Assembly: GCA_003344405.1 (NCBI GenBank)
Contig: NOWV01000213.1
Coordinates: forward strand, 1-64,000
Length of the DNA: 64,000 nucleotides
Direction of reading: 5' to 3'
Source: Trichoplax sp. H2
Taxonomy: Eukaryota
The translations under genes and the position numbers were made by a program. Position 1 is the first letter of the stretch; each line of letters opens with the position of its first letter. The notes beneath the pieces are model-generated. The model was not told where the DNA came from. It made no database searches and saw only the letters and a program-made list of their open reading frames with translations. Shown in pieces: positions 13,290 through 25,589 of the stretch.

Positions 13290-15300
13290 GTGTACAGTCT
13301 ACACTCCAGTGCTGTGTACAGTACTGTCAGGGAGTCAAGGTTGGGCTTGCATTCAGAGTACAGTACATTGTACTGTAACCCAAGCCTATTGCGCTCAAAA
13401 TGGACTAGACAATGCCAATGTTGAGTCATAGCACTCAGTCTGTACTGTACACAGCGATTCAGTATTACAGTACAGTACAGTACTGTACTCACTGTACTGT
13501 AGTCAGTAGAGTGAAGTGTTTTTTCCGTCACTCTGAGTCACACTGAGTCAAGCTTGGGCTTGCAGTCAGAGTACAGAAGACTGAGTACATTACTGTAGTC
13601 ACAGCATACAGTACTGTAGAGTGAAGTGTTTTTTCCTTCACTCTACAGTATGAGTCACACTGAGTCAAGCTTGCAGTCAGAGTACAGAAGACTGAGTATA
13701 TTACTGTACAGTAGTCACAGCATACAGTACAGTAGAGTGAAGTGTTTTTTCCTTCACTCTACAGTATGAGTCACACTGAGTCAAGCTTGGGCTTGCAGTC
13801 AGAGTACAGAAGACTGAGTATATTACTGTAGAGTGAAGTGTTTTTTCCTTCACTCTACAGTATGAGTCACACTGAGTCAAGCTCGGGCTTGCAGTCAGAG
13901 TACAGAAGACTGAGTATATTACTGTAGTCACAGCATACAGTACAGTACTGTAGAGTGAAGTGTTTTTTCCTTCACCGTACAGTATGAGTCACACTGAGTC
14001 AAGCTTGGGCTTGCAGTCAGAGTACAGTAGACTGAGTACATTACTGTAGTCACAGCATACAGTACAGTAGAATGAAGTGTTTTTTCCTTCACTCTACAGT
14101 ATGAGTCACACTGAGTCAAGCTCGGGCTTGCAGTCAGAGTACAGAAGACTGAGTATATTACTGTAGTCACAGCATACAGTACAGTACTGTAGAGTGAAGT
14201 GTTTTTTCCTTCACCGTACAGTATGAGTCACACTGAATCAAGCTTGGGCTTGCAGTCAGAGTACAGTAGACTGAGTACATTACTGTAGTCACCGCATACA
14301 GTAGAGTGAAGTGTTTTTTCCTTCACTCTACAGTATGAGTCAAGCTTGAGCTTGCAGTCAGAGTACAGTAGACTGAGTACATTACTGTAGTAGTCACAGC
14401 ATACTGTACAGTACAGTAGAGTGAAGTGTTTTTTTTGTCACTCTATGAGTCACACTGAGTCAAGCTTGGGCTTGCAGTCAGAGTACAGTAGACTGAGTAC
14501 ATTACTGTAGTCGTCACAGCATACAGTAGAGTGAAGTGTTTTTTCCTTCACTCTACAGTATGAGTCACACTGAGTCAAGCTTGAGCTTGCAGTCAGAGTA
14601 CAGTAGACTGAGTACATTACTGTAGTAGTCACAGCATACAGTGTACAGTAGAGTGAAGTGTTTTTTTCGTCACTCTATGAGTCACACTGAGTCAAGCTTG
14701 GGCTTGCAGTCAGGGTAGAGTACAGTAGACTGAGTGCATTACTGTATAGTACAGTAGTCACAGCATACTGTACAGTGAAGTGTTTTTTTCTTCACTCTAC
14801 AGTATGAGTCACACTGAGTCAAGCTTGAGCTTGCAGTCAGAGTACAGTAGACTGAGTACCTGTAGTCACAGCATACAGTAGAGTGAAGTGTTTTTTTCTT
14901 CACTCTACAGTATGAGTCACACTGAGTCAAGCTTGAGCTTGCAGTCAGAGTACAGTAGACTGAGTACCTGTAGTCACAGCATACAGTAGAGTGAAGTGTT
15001 TTTTCCGTCACTCTATTACACTGAGTCATGCTTGGGCTTGCAGTCAGAGTAGAGTACAGTAGACTGAGTACATTACTGTAGTCACAGCATACAGTAGAGT
15101 GAAGTGTTTTTTTCGTCACTCTATATACAGTATGAGTCACAATGAGTCAAGCTTGGGCTTACAGTCAGAGTTCAGTGAGTGTACAGTACAGTACGGTACT
15201 GTAGAGTGAAATGTTTTTTCTTCACTCATTGAGCCACACTCAGTCAAGCTTGGGCTTCCAGTCAGAGTACAGAAGACTGAGTGCAGTACAGTAGAGTAGA
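13290..15300. repeat. ~97-123-bp minisatellite (sub-array 1), ~16 copies
   Basis: Unit agagtgaagtgttttttccttcactctacagtatgagtcacactgagtcaagcttgggcttgcagtcagagtacagtagactgagtacattactgtagtcacagcatacagt. Length varies through acagt micro-repeats. Confidence 0.96.
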
Positions 15301-15826
15301 GTTACAGCATACAGTTAAAGTGTTTTTTTCTTCACTCTATGACTCACAGTGAATCAGGTTAGGATTCTAGTCAGAGTGCAATAGACTGAGTACAGTAGTG
15401 TAGTCACAGGCTCACAGCATACTGTTAAAGTGTTTTTTTCTTCACTCTATGACTCACAGTGAATCAGGTTAGGATTCTAGTCAGAGTGCAATAGACTGAG
15501 TACAGTAGTGTAGTCACAGGCTCACAGCATACTGTTAAAGTGTTTTTTTCTTCACTCTATGACTCACAGTGAATCAGGTTAGGATTCTAGTCAGAGTGCA
15601 ATAGACTGAGTACAGTAGTGTAGTCACAGGCTCACAGCATACTGTTCAAGTGTTTTTTTCTTCACTCTATGACTCACCGTGAATCAGGTTAGGATTCTAG
15701 TCAGAGTGCAATAGACTGAGTACAGTACTGTAGTCACAGGCTCACAGCATACTGTTCAAGTGTTTTTTTCTTCACTCTATGACTCACAGTGAATCAAGGT
15801 TGGGATTCTAGTCAGAGTACAGTAGA
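15301..15826. repeat. 110-bp diverged, homogeneous sub-array 2 of the same minisatellite family, ~5 copies
   Basis: aagtgtttttttcttcactctatgactcacagtgaatcaggttaggattctagtcagagtgcaatagactgag... at 15318, 15428, 15538, 15648 and 15758. Confidence 0.92.
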
Positions 15827-15876
15827 ACGTGTACTGTAACGTCAGCCGACAGCCTACGTCACCTGCACTCAATGGG

Positions 15877-15985
15877 CTATATTGCGCTCAAAATGGACTC
15901 GACAATGTCTTGGCCAATATGGATCATCCTGTCGTGGTGATACTGCTGCTGAGCGTGAACACAACCAGCGGATACGACGGTAGTG
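15877..15985 (+). pseudogene. Degenerate copy of a PPM1 exon-1 fragment
   Basis: ctattgcgctcaaaatggactcgacaatgtcttggccaatatggatcatc (YCAQNGLDNVLANMDH) vs the gene at 17178-17229 ([16 protein letters not shown]). A shorter copy lies at 13383-13424. Confidence 0.75.
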
Positions 15986-16088
15986 TCGTCACAGTAAGTC
16001 AAGGTTGGGCTTCCAGTCGTTGTACTGTAAGCTACAGTACAATATACTGCAATACACGGTATAGACTGTAAGGGGTGGACTGTAGAAG

Positions 16089-16108
16089 NNNNNNNNNNNN
16101 NNNNNNNN
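16089..16108. other. Assembly gap (20 N)
   Basis: Run of n characters. Confidence 1.
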
Positions 16109-16538
16109 AGAGTACAGTAGACTGAGTACATTACTGTAGTCACAGCATACAGTAGAGTGAAGTGTTTTTTCCTTCACTCTACAGTATGAGTCACACTGAG
16201 TCAAGCTTGAGCTTGCAGTCAGAGTACAGTAGACTGAGTACATTACTGTAGTAGTCACAGCATACAGTGTACAGTAGAGTGAAGTGTTTTTTTCGTCACT
16301 CTATGAGTCACACTGAGTCAAGCTTGGGCTTGCAGTCAGGGTAGAGTACAGTAGACTGAGTGCATTACTGTATAGTACTGTCGTGGTGATACTGCTGCTG
16401 AGCGTGAACACAACCAGCGGATACGACGGTAGTGTCGTCACAGCAAGTCAAGGTTGGGCTTCCAGTCGTTGTACTGTAAGCTACAGTACAATATACTGCA
16501 ATGCACGGTATAGACTGTAAGGGGTGGACTGTAGAAGG
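16109..16538. repeat. Near-exact re-occurrence of 14480-14752 joined directly to a copy of 15930-16088
   Basis: Direct comparison of the sequence on both sides of the gap. Confidence 0.85.
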
Positions 16539-16974
16539 CCAACGCGATGTGCGGATCCATCGGTCAAAGTGGCGAGCATCATACCCATTCAGCAGTACAA
16601 CGCAAAGCGTCCAGTAGGGGATGATGGACTGTAGGCAAAAAGGACTACGGTGGCGTCTGCAGTATTACAGTCGCTCTCTTGGCCTTGTCGGTTGTATTGT
16701 CTTTGTCCAATCTTGAAGGATCGACTGTTGGCGATTTGGTTGAAAAATTGGAATTGGTTGAGGATAGAATTAACATTTGTTGGAAGTTGTACAGCTTGCA
16801 GACACTTTACTACTGCTATTCAAACGCCAACCATTCCTGACGACATTAGCAATTGATCGCAGTGGTTGACTTGGCAACGTTGGGAGGACATTGTAGTGAA
16901 GACGGTAGCCATTGCAAAGACATTTGACGACAACGCCAGTACTGTAAGAATACCACCAATTCGTTGAAAGAAAG

Positions 16975-19900
16975 ATGGGAGCCTTCTTGGATAAGGCAAG
17001 GGTCGAAAAGACCACTAGCAGCGGCTTTGGGAATGGCTTACACTACGGATTATCCGCCATGCAAGGCTGGAGAGTGGGTATGGAAGATGCCCATACTGCG
17101 ATTGTCAGTTTACCCCAAAATCGTGAAATTTCATTTTGGGGTGTTTTCGATGGTCATGCCGGTTCGGCAACATCAGCCTATTGCGCTAAAAATTTACTAG
17201 ACAACGTCTTGGCCAATGTTGATCATCATAGTAGTTCTACTACTGCTGACAGTCAAGACAATGTTAGCACCACCAGCGATACTGGTAGTAGTAGAATGGT
17301 CTTAGTGTAGAAAGTTTACAACGTGGCTTACGGACTGGTTTCTTAAAGTTAGATGAGGTACTGTATTCTTTACGGACTCTTCAAGAGCAAAATAATGCCA
17401 ATTATAACGAATCGGAAAGAATTGATAAAAGTGGCACTACGGCTGTGGTCGTTGTTGTAACCCCAACGCATATCATTTTTGGCAATTGTGGCGATTCTCG
17501 TGGGATATTATGCCGTAGTAATGAAGTCAATTTCGCTACTGAAGATCATAAACCGTTTAAACCTCGAGAGAGGCAACGTATTGAACGAGCCGGCGGCTCT
17601 GTTGTTTTACAACGTGTCAATGGTTCCTTAGCAGTATCCAGAGCTTTAGGCGATTTTGAGTACAAATGTAATAGCGAATTGTCACAACTCGATCAATTGG
17701 TATCGCCAGAGCCCGACGTGATGTCCATAGCTCGAGATCCCAAAGACGAATTTATCGTATTAGCATGTGATGGTATATGGGACGTCATGAATAATACGGA
17801 TGTTGCCAATTTTGTTCGATCACGCTTGGCCATCACCAATGACTTGGAAGAAATCTGTAATGAAGTGTTGAATACGTGCTTGGCAAAGGTTTGTGCATTG
17901 CTTTTCATTCCTTGACAATTTCATTGTAGCTAAAATAGCTTGTTGTAGTTTGTACACCTATCCTTCCATTTCCATCCGCTGGCCCATCTTCAACCTTGTC
18001 TTCCTACCCTATCCAATGCACTTTCAACCCTACTTTCCCTTTCATTTGAAACTCCAACAGTCAAAATGATATCCTCATTGGAACGCGCCCATTGATCCAC
18101 TGGGTGTAATGATGATCAACTCAAGGCCGTTGTCGCCATATTGGATAACGGTGGACCATTCCACTCTTGTCAGCGGATGGATTTCTCTTCCCTGCATCAT
18201 CCACTTACCCCATTGAGCAAGTTTTAGTCAATAAATCGAGTCCGGCAGCGGGCCTGTCCACTCAACAACTTACCGTCAAGCATCAAGCGCTGTAGAAACA
18301 CATCTCCTACTATCGCTCGATCAGCTTCTCCCACGAGCATCCCCTTGGAGATGTTTCTCAATAGGATTACCTTATAATACAGTGATATAAACTAGCGACA
18401 TGATCCTGGATGGCCGGCCGTTAGTGCAATTTTTCAACCTTTTGAAGGGGGTTTTTTTTTTCCATCCTCCAATGGGACTATAGTATGCGCGATGCAGGTT
18501 GCTTTCCCCCATACAAATGATAGTAAAGCACTATTCTGAAGGACATGACTGCGTCAATGCGTCAGCAAATCTTCCGTACCATGGTACAGGAGACTACTGG
18601 AGTTAAGCGCTTTTGTACGCCGACGTCTGGACGCTAGTGTATAGTAGACTAGGGCACAATGGATTCTGTTTTCTGACCACTTTAAGGTAGCAACGTTGCA
18701 AGTAGACTACTTGCAACGGCAGTTTCAGGCTGGTCGACGGTTCTGTTAGGGCGATAGTCGCCAAGAGAGCAGTAATTCAATCAATCTTTACAGCCTAAGT
18801 ACTGCAATTGACTACCACTATATAGGGACAGTATGTTCATCAAGCTAGACGTCCAGGCTTTCACTTGGGCCGTATAGAAACAGAGGCAATAGTGTCATGC
18901 AAGACATCATTTTGTCCACGCGTAGACAATATTAACATGGCCGTTTTCCCATTTTTTCAACCCAATTAGTCTCCATCATGGATGGATCTCGATATCACCG
19001 TCCAACAGCACTTTCAGCTTGTCTACTGTACTCTACTGATTCCGAGTGGTCCCGAAGGGATGATCAATTCAATCAATCTTTACAGCCTTACTGTAGTGCG
19101 CTACAACTATTCGACGACAATACGTTTCATCAACCGATAGTGTTAAGGCTTAACTTAGGCAGTGTAGAAATGGAGGATGCGATCGAACCTTTTCAAGGGT
19201 GTCATGGAAAAGACGATTTGGGGCACGAGTGCACATTATAAACATTAGACATGGCCCTTTTCCATTCTTGAAAGCGAGCAAGTCTCTATCATCGAAACGA
19301 TGATGGATTACATTATGAATGGATAGGGATTATTCTACACGACTGTAAAAACTTGTCGCTGTTGACCGACGTAATAACCTTATAACAAATCAGTGAGGAG
19401 ATAGGATGTAGGCTGCTCTAGGGCATCAAGTTGCCTGTGCGTAGAGGATAAAGTAACTGCTTTGGTGGACGTAATGTGGAATCGTGGGTGTGTATCATTA
19501 AACTCAGTACCGTAACATGCCTTTATACAGTACTGTATAATGTATGCCACACTTGAGCGTCAATAATCCTATGTAGAATAGAACGATAGGCCGCTCAGAT
19601 AGGATATGGTTCATAGCGAAAATACGCTACAAGATTGGATTGAAGTTTTGCCATGAAAGCCTCGTCCATGTACACGAGGTAGCCATGGATCACCTGATTT
19701 GAATGATGGGCAAACTGGAGTTACAAAATATCAATAACTATTGTAGCAAATTCTTTTCTATGTGTACCACCGACTCATCGATCGCTTCGCCACATTGTAG
19801 GCGCCATGAATGGGTTGAATTTGATCAACTTGATCTTATTATCTTGCAATTGAGTTTGTTTCTTATGATTCTCACTTTTGAGAAATGAAGGAATGAATGA

Positions 19901-21226
19901 CTGCAATTGATCTTACTACGCGTATCCACGCCTACAAAAGCAGTTGCTTCAAAATAGATTTGATAGAAGCATGACATATCTACTGATTTATTAACTGATT
20001 GCTTTTCATTTTATTTCTCGTATTCAGGGTAGCAAGGACAATATGAGTATCATACTCATTACCTTTGATGGTGCTATAACTGTGGACGAAAATGCTAAAT
20101 TAATGGTAAGCACTTAGCTTTGCGCTGATAAACGACCCTTGATAAACTAGAATGAGCTAACTGCAATAACAATTTGAATGAGTAGTGTTTCTTACTTAAG
20201 AGGATGATCACCAACGATAACAGTTTTATCTGACATGTTACAATCGAATAATGTTAACAATGCTTCCAGTGTAGAGAAAAAAAATGCTAGACTACTTGGA
20301 TTAAATCTCTATTCGTCGTATCAATGTACCGTACTATCAAAGGCATTCAAAGCAACGTGCTATTCTATGATATCATCAGTGACTGTACTAGCACAAGGGT
20401 GACTTTGAACACTTTAAGCCGCGTGTTGCTAACAAAGCAAGATTATTTGTATACGATGAACGCAACCTAGTTTAGTACAGTTTTAATTCTTTAGTGAACG
20501 CTGCATTTCTAGTCGTCTATTATTTGCTAATCAACGAAAAGTTAACTCGTTATGTTAAAAGCGTCGATGTTCTACTCGCTACTTTTTACATTAGGAGCAA
20601 GAACTTGACAGGAAGATAGTAAAAGAAGTAACAGGTAAATTATCATCATTGTCCAACTAAGCACTGATAAGTAGGGCGGCTGTTGTTAAAAGGCCTTTTT
20701 TAGCCTTGATTTTCAACGGAAGTAGTGTACTAAAAGTTAGGATAGCCTAAAACGTCGTAAATTACATTGTGTGCCTTCAGTATATTGTTTCGCTAGCCTA
20801 TTAATCGATTTAGCAAGCGTGCTGATTTTTTTTCTTATCGAATAGATATACATAACAGACTTGGCTCCAATTGCAACTTGTACCAGGTGATGACAGAATT
20901 ATCCCAAGACGATTCTCTGCGCCTACCTCCTGGAGGTGGCATCGAATGCAAGTAAGCTCAGTAGTGACGTCATTGTCAAAGCTTTCAAAATTTCGAGGTT
21001 ACAAGATGCGTTTGAATTGACATCATTCTCACGTCGGTAATTTGAATATTTATTTCCCAGGCAATTACTTGTCGAGAAAACTTTGTCCCAGTTAACCGGA
21101 AAAGAGGTAAATAGTTGCATGATTGGCTAACCTTACGTCACGGCGATAGGATTATTGCCATAATGGACATGATTTGCTGAAAGCGATAGTTATTCTCAAC
21201 AGGTATACCTCGATAATGACAATTAA
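16975..21226 (+). CDS. PPM1A/PPM1B: Protein phosphatase 1A/1B (PP2C alpha/beta family), multi-exon, with a frame break at ~17295-17307
   Basis: Motifs [59 protein letters not shown] and LACDGIWDV. Exon 1 spans 16975-17888 in two frames. It continues in 20028-20105 ([13 protein letters not shown]), 20595-20634 (EQELDRKI), 20846-20951 ([12 protein letters not shown]2C C-terminal domain), 21061-21106 and a probable last exon 21203-21226, all with compatible GT-AG phases. Confidence 0.95.
18775..19300. repeat. Degenerate ~292-bp tandem duplication in the large PPM1 intron
   Basis: aattcaatcaatctttacagcct at 18775 and 19067. Downstream blocks gtgtcatg...acatggcc.tt.ccatt...agtctc.atcat are also paired. 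Confidence 0.65.
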
Positions 21227-23496
21227 TTATTTTGGATTGCAGGAATTGTAGAATATCAATTTGGCTGACTCACGAAATGAACTTTTTAATGGATGTTATC
21301 TAAAATGGGAGAATCCTAATTTAGTAAATTTGATACGATAAAGTATTCGTGTATGTGTATGCTATTTTAAATTATAAATTATAATACGTTATTAAGGAAA
21401 AGTGATCAATAGTGCAGTCGGCGATTAAGATAATAATTCAATTTAAATGTCCCAGCAACAGGCTACTGTAATAATTTAACGCGATGATTACAGCACATTT
21501 TATCTACATCCAAATGTTGTGTACAAATTGGACTGGATGATATAATGCACCAAAGATAGAAATTTGCACGAAAAGTTATGCGCGTGTGTGATAAGTGATA
21601 ACAGTATAGTGATTATGCCATGTTCCTCTCAAGGAATCAATCATTATCTAGACCAGTATGACTGCTCAAGTAAAGAAGCCAACACTATAGTATCCCAAGC
21701 AATTGATTAGTTAGCTGAATGTTGACCTCAATATTCAAAAAAGGTTTTACCTGTATAATCTGATGAGACGGATAGCTTGAATCGTCTTTCGGCAATATTA
21801 CCTTGAGCGAATGAAGGTATTAACCATTGGTGTTATTCGATATCTTCGTCATCGACAGCACATCAACAAGACTAACAACTGTATTCAAGTATCATTATTT
21901 CTTGACTTGTTTGAACGTTGTATCATACCGATGATATAACATAGAACCTTATAAAAAATATAATTGCGGAACGATACTGTATGTAAGCTGTAAAGAATTT
22001 TACTTTGCGAATTGACAAAGCAATAATGTTTAGATCATTTGAGAACATGCCTGTTCATGGAGCTAAAATAATTTAAAATAGGATAAGAAATATTCTATCA
22101 ACAATTGCAAGCAATAGATTGATAGATAGTTCGATCCTATCCTGTTATCAGCCAGTCACTAACTCATTATTATCTTTGTAGATTCCCGAAGTTCATTGTT
22201 AATAGAAAATAACTTATGATGCGTTTATAGTTTTAACTTGTACGTAAAGTGATTGATTTCTACAACACACTGATTTCTTATTTTTACTGTACAAAATACT
22301 GATTTTCGCCTTTTAACATTTTATGCGACTATCACGAAGATTAAATTTCTAAGCCGTATAACTTGTTAGTGGATTAGGTTCATAGTAGCGGCTTTAGAGA
22401 TTATGTGTATCACTCTATGCAATGCTACGTCTGCTACATTTAATTTCTTGCCGTTTCTTTGCTGTCATAGTATATAACATTAATACCGGACTACTAGTAA
22501 CTATGTGGTTCGATAATTATACCAATTTTGACAATTTAACTACAATGAAGGAAATAAACCGTAATGAAAGTTCAACCGTTAACGGCATTCTATGACAATA
22601 CGACAAATCCACTGTCAAGTAGTTGAAATGGAGACAGCATGCTACAGTAGGACGTTGCTCGATGAGACCGAGACATTTTACTTTCAAATGGCGATTCAAG
22701 CCTAAGAAAGTATTCAATTTGTATTGACATCACCCAAGATCAGAAAGACATGAATACGTACAACAATGATCCATTCATATTTATTTATATATCTACATAA
22801 TTTACTGCTTCGAGTAACATTCTATATACTGGATATAGAACAATTTGTTATCATTCATATGGTCATTTCGTTGAATTTTCTGAAACACGATTTCAGTTTT
22901 TACAGCATAAAGGATGCTTACGTGTACTGTAAAAAACAGTAGGATACTTTAATAATTATAATTATTACAGTACATTAGTACCAACAAATGCCGGGAATAA
23001 AAAATTGCAAAATATTTCTGTGGCAGCCTTTCCATAAATTGAATATAGCTGCTACATAAAATAAAATGTACTGTACTAATTTCGGTAACGGTACTAGATA
23101 ACTGTACCAAAATTGAATTTTGGATACCATTAGGATAAAATTTTTGATGAGAATCTTTGAGAGAATTCGGTCATAATACCAAATATCAGTATGCAGTTAC
23201 GCTTGTAACACTTCGTAATAGTGATGTGGCCAATGGATTTCAATAGACAGGGCTATCAATCTGTTTAATGATTAACTTGTGAGCTTTATGCTAAATAAAG
23301 CCTTGGCATTCTCAGATGATGGCGCATTTGCAAGCAGGATTAAATTGGAGATTCAGGTTCCACCATTGTTTCAGCGTACACTGATTAATTAATATAAAAC
23401 AGTAAATTAGTTTAACAGTTGAAAACAGACAACTGATAAACTAAAAAGATAAAACCTTGATTAATAGTATTAGCACAAGCAATAGCAGTGCAATAG

Positions 23497-24357
23497 TTAA
23501 TTTTCATTGCTAGCAAGACGACTGCTCTCCTTCTTCAAAAGCTCTTCATGCAGTCTGAGTTGCTCTTCAAGTTCCTTTTTATTTTGCAATTTCTTACGCT
23601 GTCTTTCCAAATCACGTTCAACACCTACTCTTAGCCTCTAACAGATGAGAGAATAATTCGCAAGGTCAAAACAGAGAGATACTATAATTACAAACTATCG
23701 AACAAGGAAGGTCTGGGTAAAATTACGAGTTGAATATTTGGATTGTATACTAAAGCAGATACTTTATTATATAATTCATTAATCTATTCTCCGATTTAAA
23801 TTTGTGCCATGTTATCTACTCTAAATTCTATACCTTAACATCAATCCTATCTTTGAATTACTTCTATGACTGTAAAAATGTATCCATTATTACGGATGTA
23901 TTTTATAAGGTGTAGTCAAACAATCCATGTGGTCATTATCTTTAATAAATTAATGCTTATAACGACAACCATGTCGGCAGTAACCAGCGTAGCAAACATT
24001 AAAACGTGCAACAACGCATGTGATCACATCTTCTAAATCGACACGTATAGCGACAACAACATCCGCAGTATCGAGCATAACCAAGGTTCAAAATACCCAA
24101 TATCAATATCATAGTCAGATACAATGTAAGGAAATAATTACTATATCATTCTTAACTCATCTATTGATCGAATATTTCCTCAAGTCATTGATGAGACGAT
24201 TGACAATTGTCTGATGCAACTGCTACCACACCTATCCTTGATCAATGATCACGATCAATACCTTTCTATCTTCCTTCTGGCTTAGATAGACTCCTGTTAC
24301 TATCCCAACAGAGAATAGGCAAGATAATCCGAGAACAACTTTAGCTCGAGCGGACAT
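23497..24357 (-). CDS. PET117: PET117 cytochrome c oxidase assembly factor, 2 exons, 78 aa
   Basis: Exon 1 24357-24262 (MSARAKVVLGLSCLFSVGIVTGVYLSQKEDRK|gtattg). Exon 2 23637-23497 (RLRVGVERDLERQRKKLQNKKELEEQLRLHEEL...*). Matches the PET117 pattern SKVVLGLS...RLRxGVxRDxERQ. Confidence 0.92.
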
Positions 24358-25589
24358 TATTCTTATGCTATAGCATTCAATTTCACTGCACAGGCCAGAA
24401 CTTACATCGGATTTTGTTACTAAAAGAAAGCCAGAAAAATCTGCAGAGATCTTGCTAAGCAACCGGCTGACGATCCTTCAGCTCAGGTTATACAGTGTTC
24501 AGTAAGAGATACAGGGTCTCTTATATACAGTATAGTACAGTATCGGAAGATAGCGTCAACGAGAAGACTTTTAACTAGGAAGTTTGCAGTGGATGATTCT
24601 CATCTTCCACTCGTTCTGACTCTGGCCCGTACTACACGTACAGTACCGTACAGTGTACAGTGTACAGTGTGCACTCCACACAGTGTAGTACTGTACACTG
24701 TAGTATGGGCTCGAAAGCAACTGCGCAGTGCGCACATTTCCAATGCACCTCTGATGTCCAGTGTGCTGTAGTGTCTAAGACAGCCGTGAAATACCATACA
24801 GTAGTAGTATCGATTTTGAAAATTGCAAATCTACACCAAAAGTGCCAGGTAGACCAGCGAGCGAGTGAGTAAATTGCAAGAAACAGACGCTATAGTAAGC
24901 TATGACAGCCATGATGGATCTGCATGGCGTATAGTGGAGAGGCGAATAGAAATGGACGCACTTTCCAGTAGTTGTCAATCAATGGCAAAAATTAAAATCA
25001 ATGTGGCCAGTGTGGGAATAGAGTCAAAATTGGCCATAAAAATGGCCCGAAAGATTGCTAGCATTAGGCTGTATTACTAAATTCGCTACCGTAAACTTGC
25101 TTTTGAATGTGGTTAAGGCATACGTGCACCTCTAACTTAGCACATACTGGCAACGAATGCCATGGCAACATTGTATCGATGCTTGCATGTTGCAAATGGA
25201 GATGGACTCTATCAATTGATATAGTTTGAATCGAATTGAACAGTTACTGTTGATGATAAAGAGACTGTCAAAATTGAATTGGTGTGCATCACTTCTGACC
25301 GTAACCGTCACGCTACTTTCTCTGACCCAGCAAGACGGGCGTTTAAAAGTATGGAACAACTCGTAAAATGTCGCAAGTTGAGTTACGCGAAGTCGGATTG
25401 CATACTTGCCATACGACTTTACAACAACTCTTTATGATCAACAGACTATAAATTGAACTACTGGCAGTTATCTTCAACTAGACTGTATGAATAATCATTT
25501 TTATCGCTTTCTTGAGCTAAATAGCATTCGGATATGTGCCTCACATATTGCAAATGAAGCCCTGCAAAATCGATCTGTATGATTTCGAT

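Noticed and set aside
13271..16258. Cys/Thr-rich repetitive ORFs (e.g. 13701-13931, 14739-15140)
   Set aside because: They are translations of the satellite; unit lengths are not consistently multiples of 3 and frames break repeatedly.
24589..25359. Overlapping short ORFs upstream of PET117
   Set aside because: Low-complexity or promoter-like sequence with no recognisable protein.
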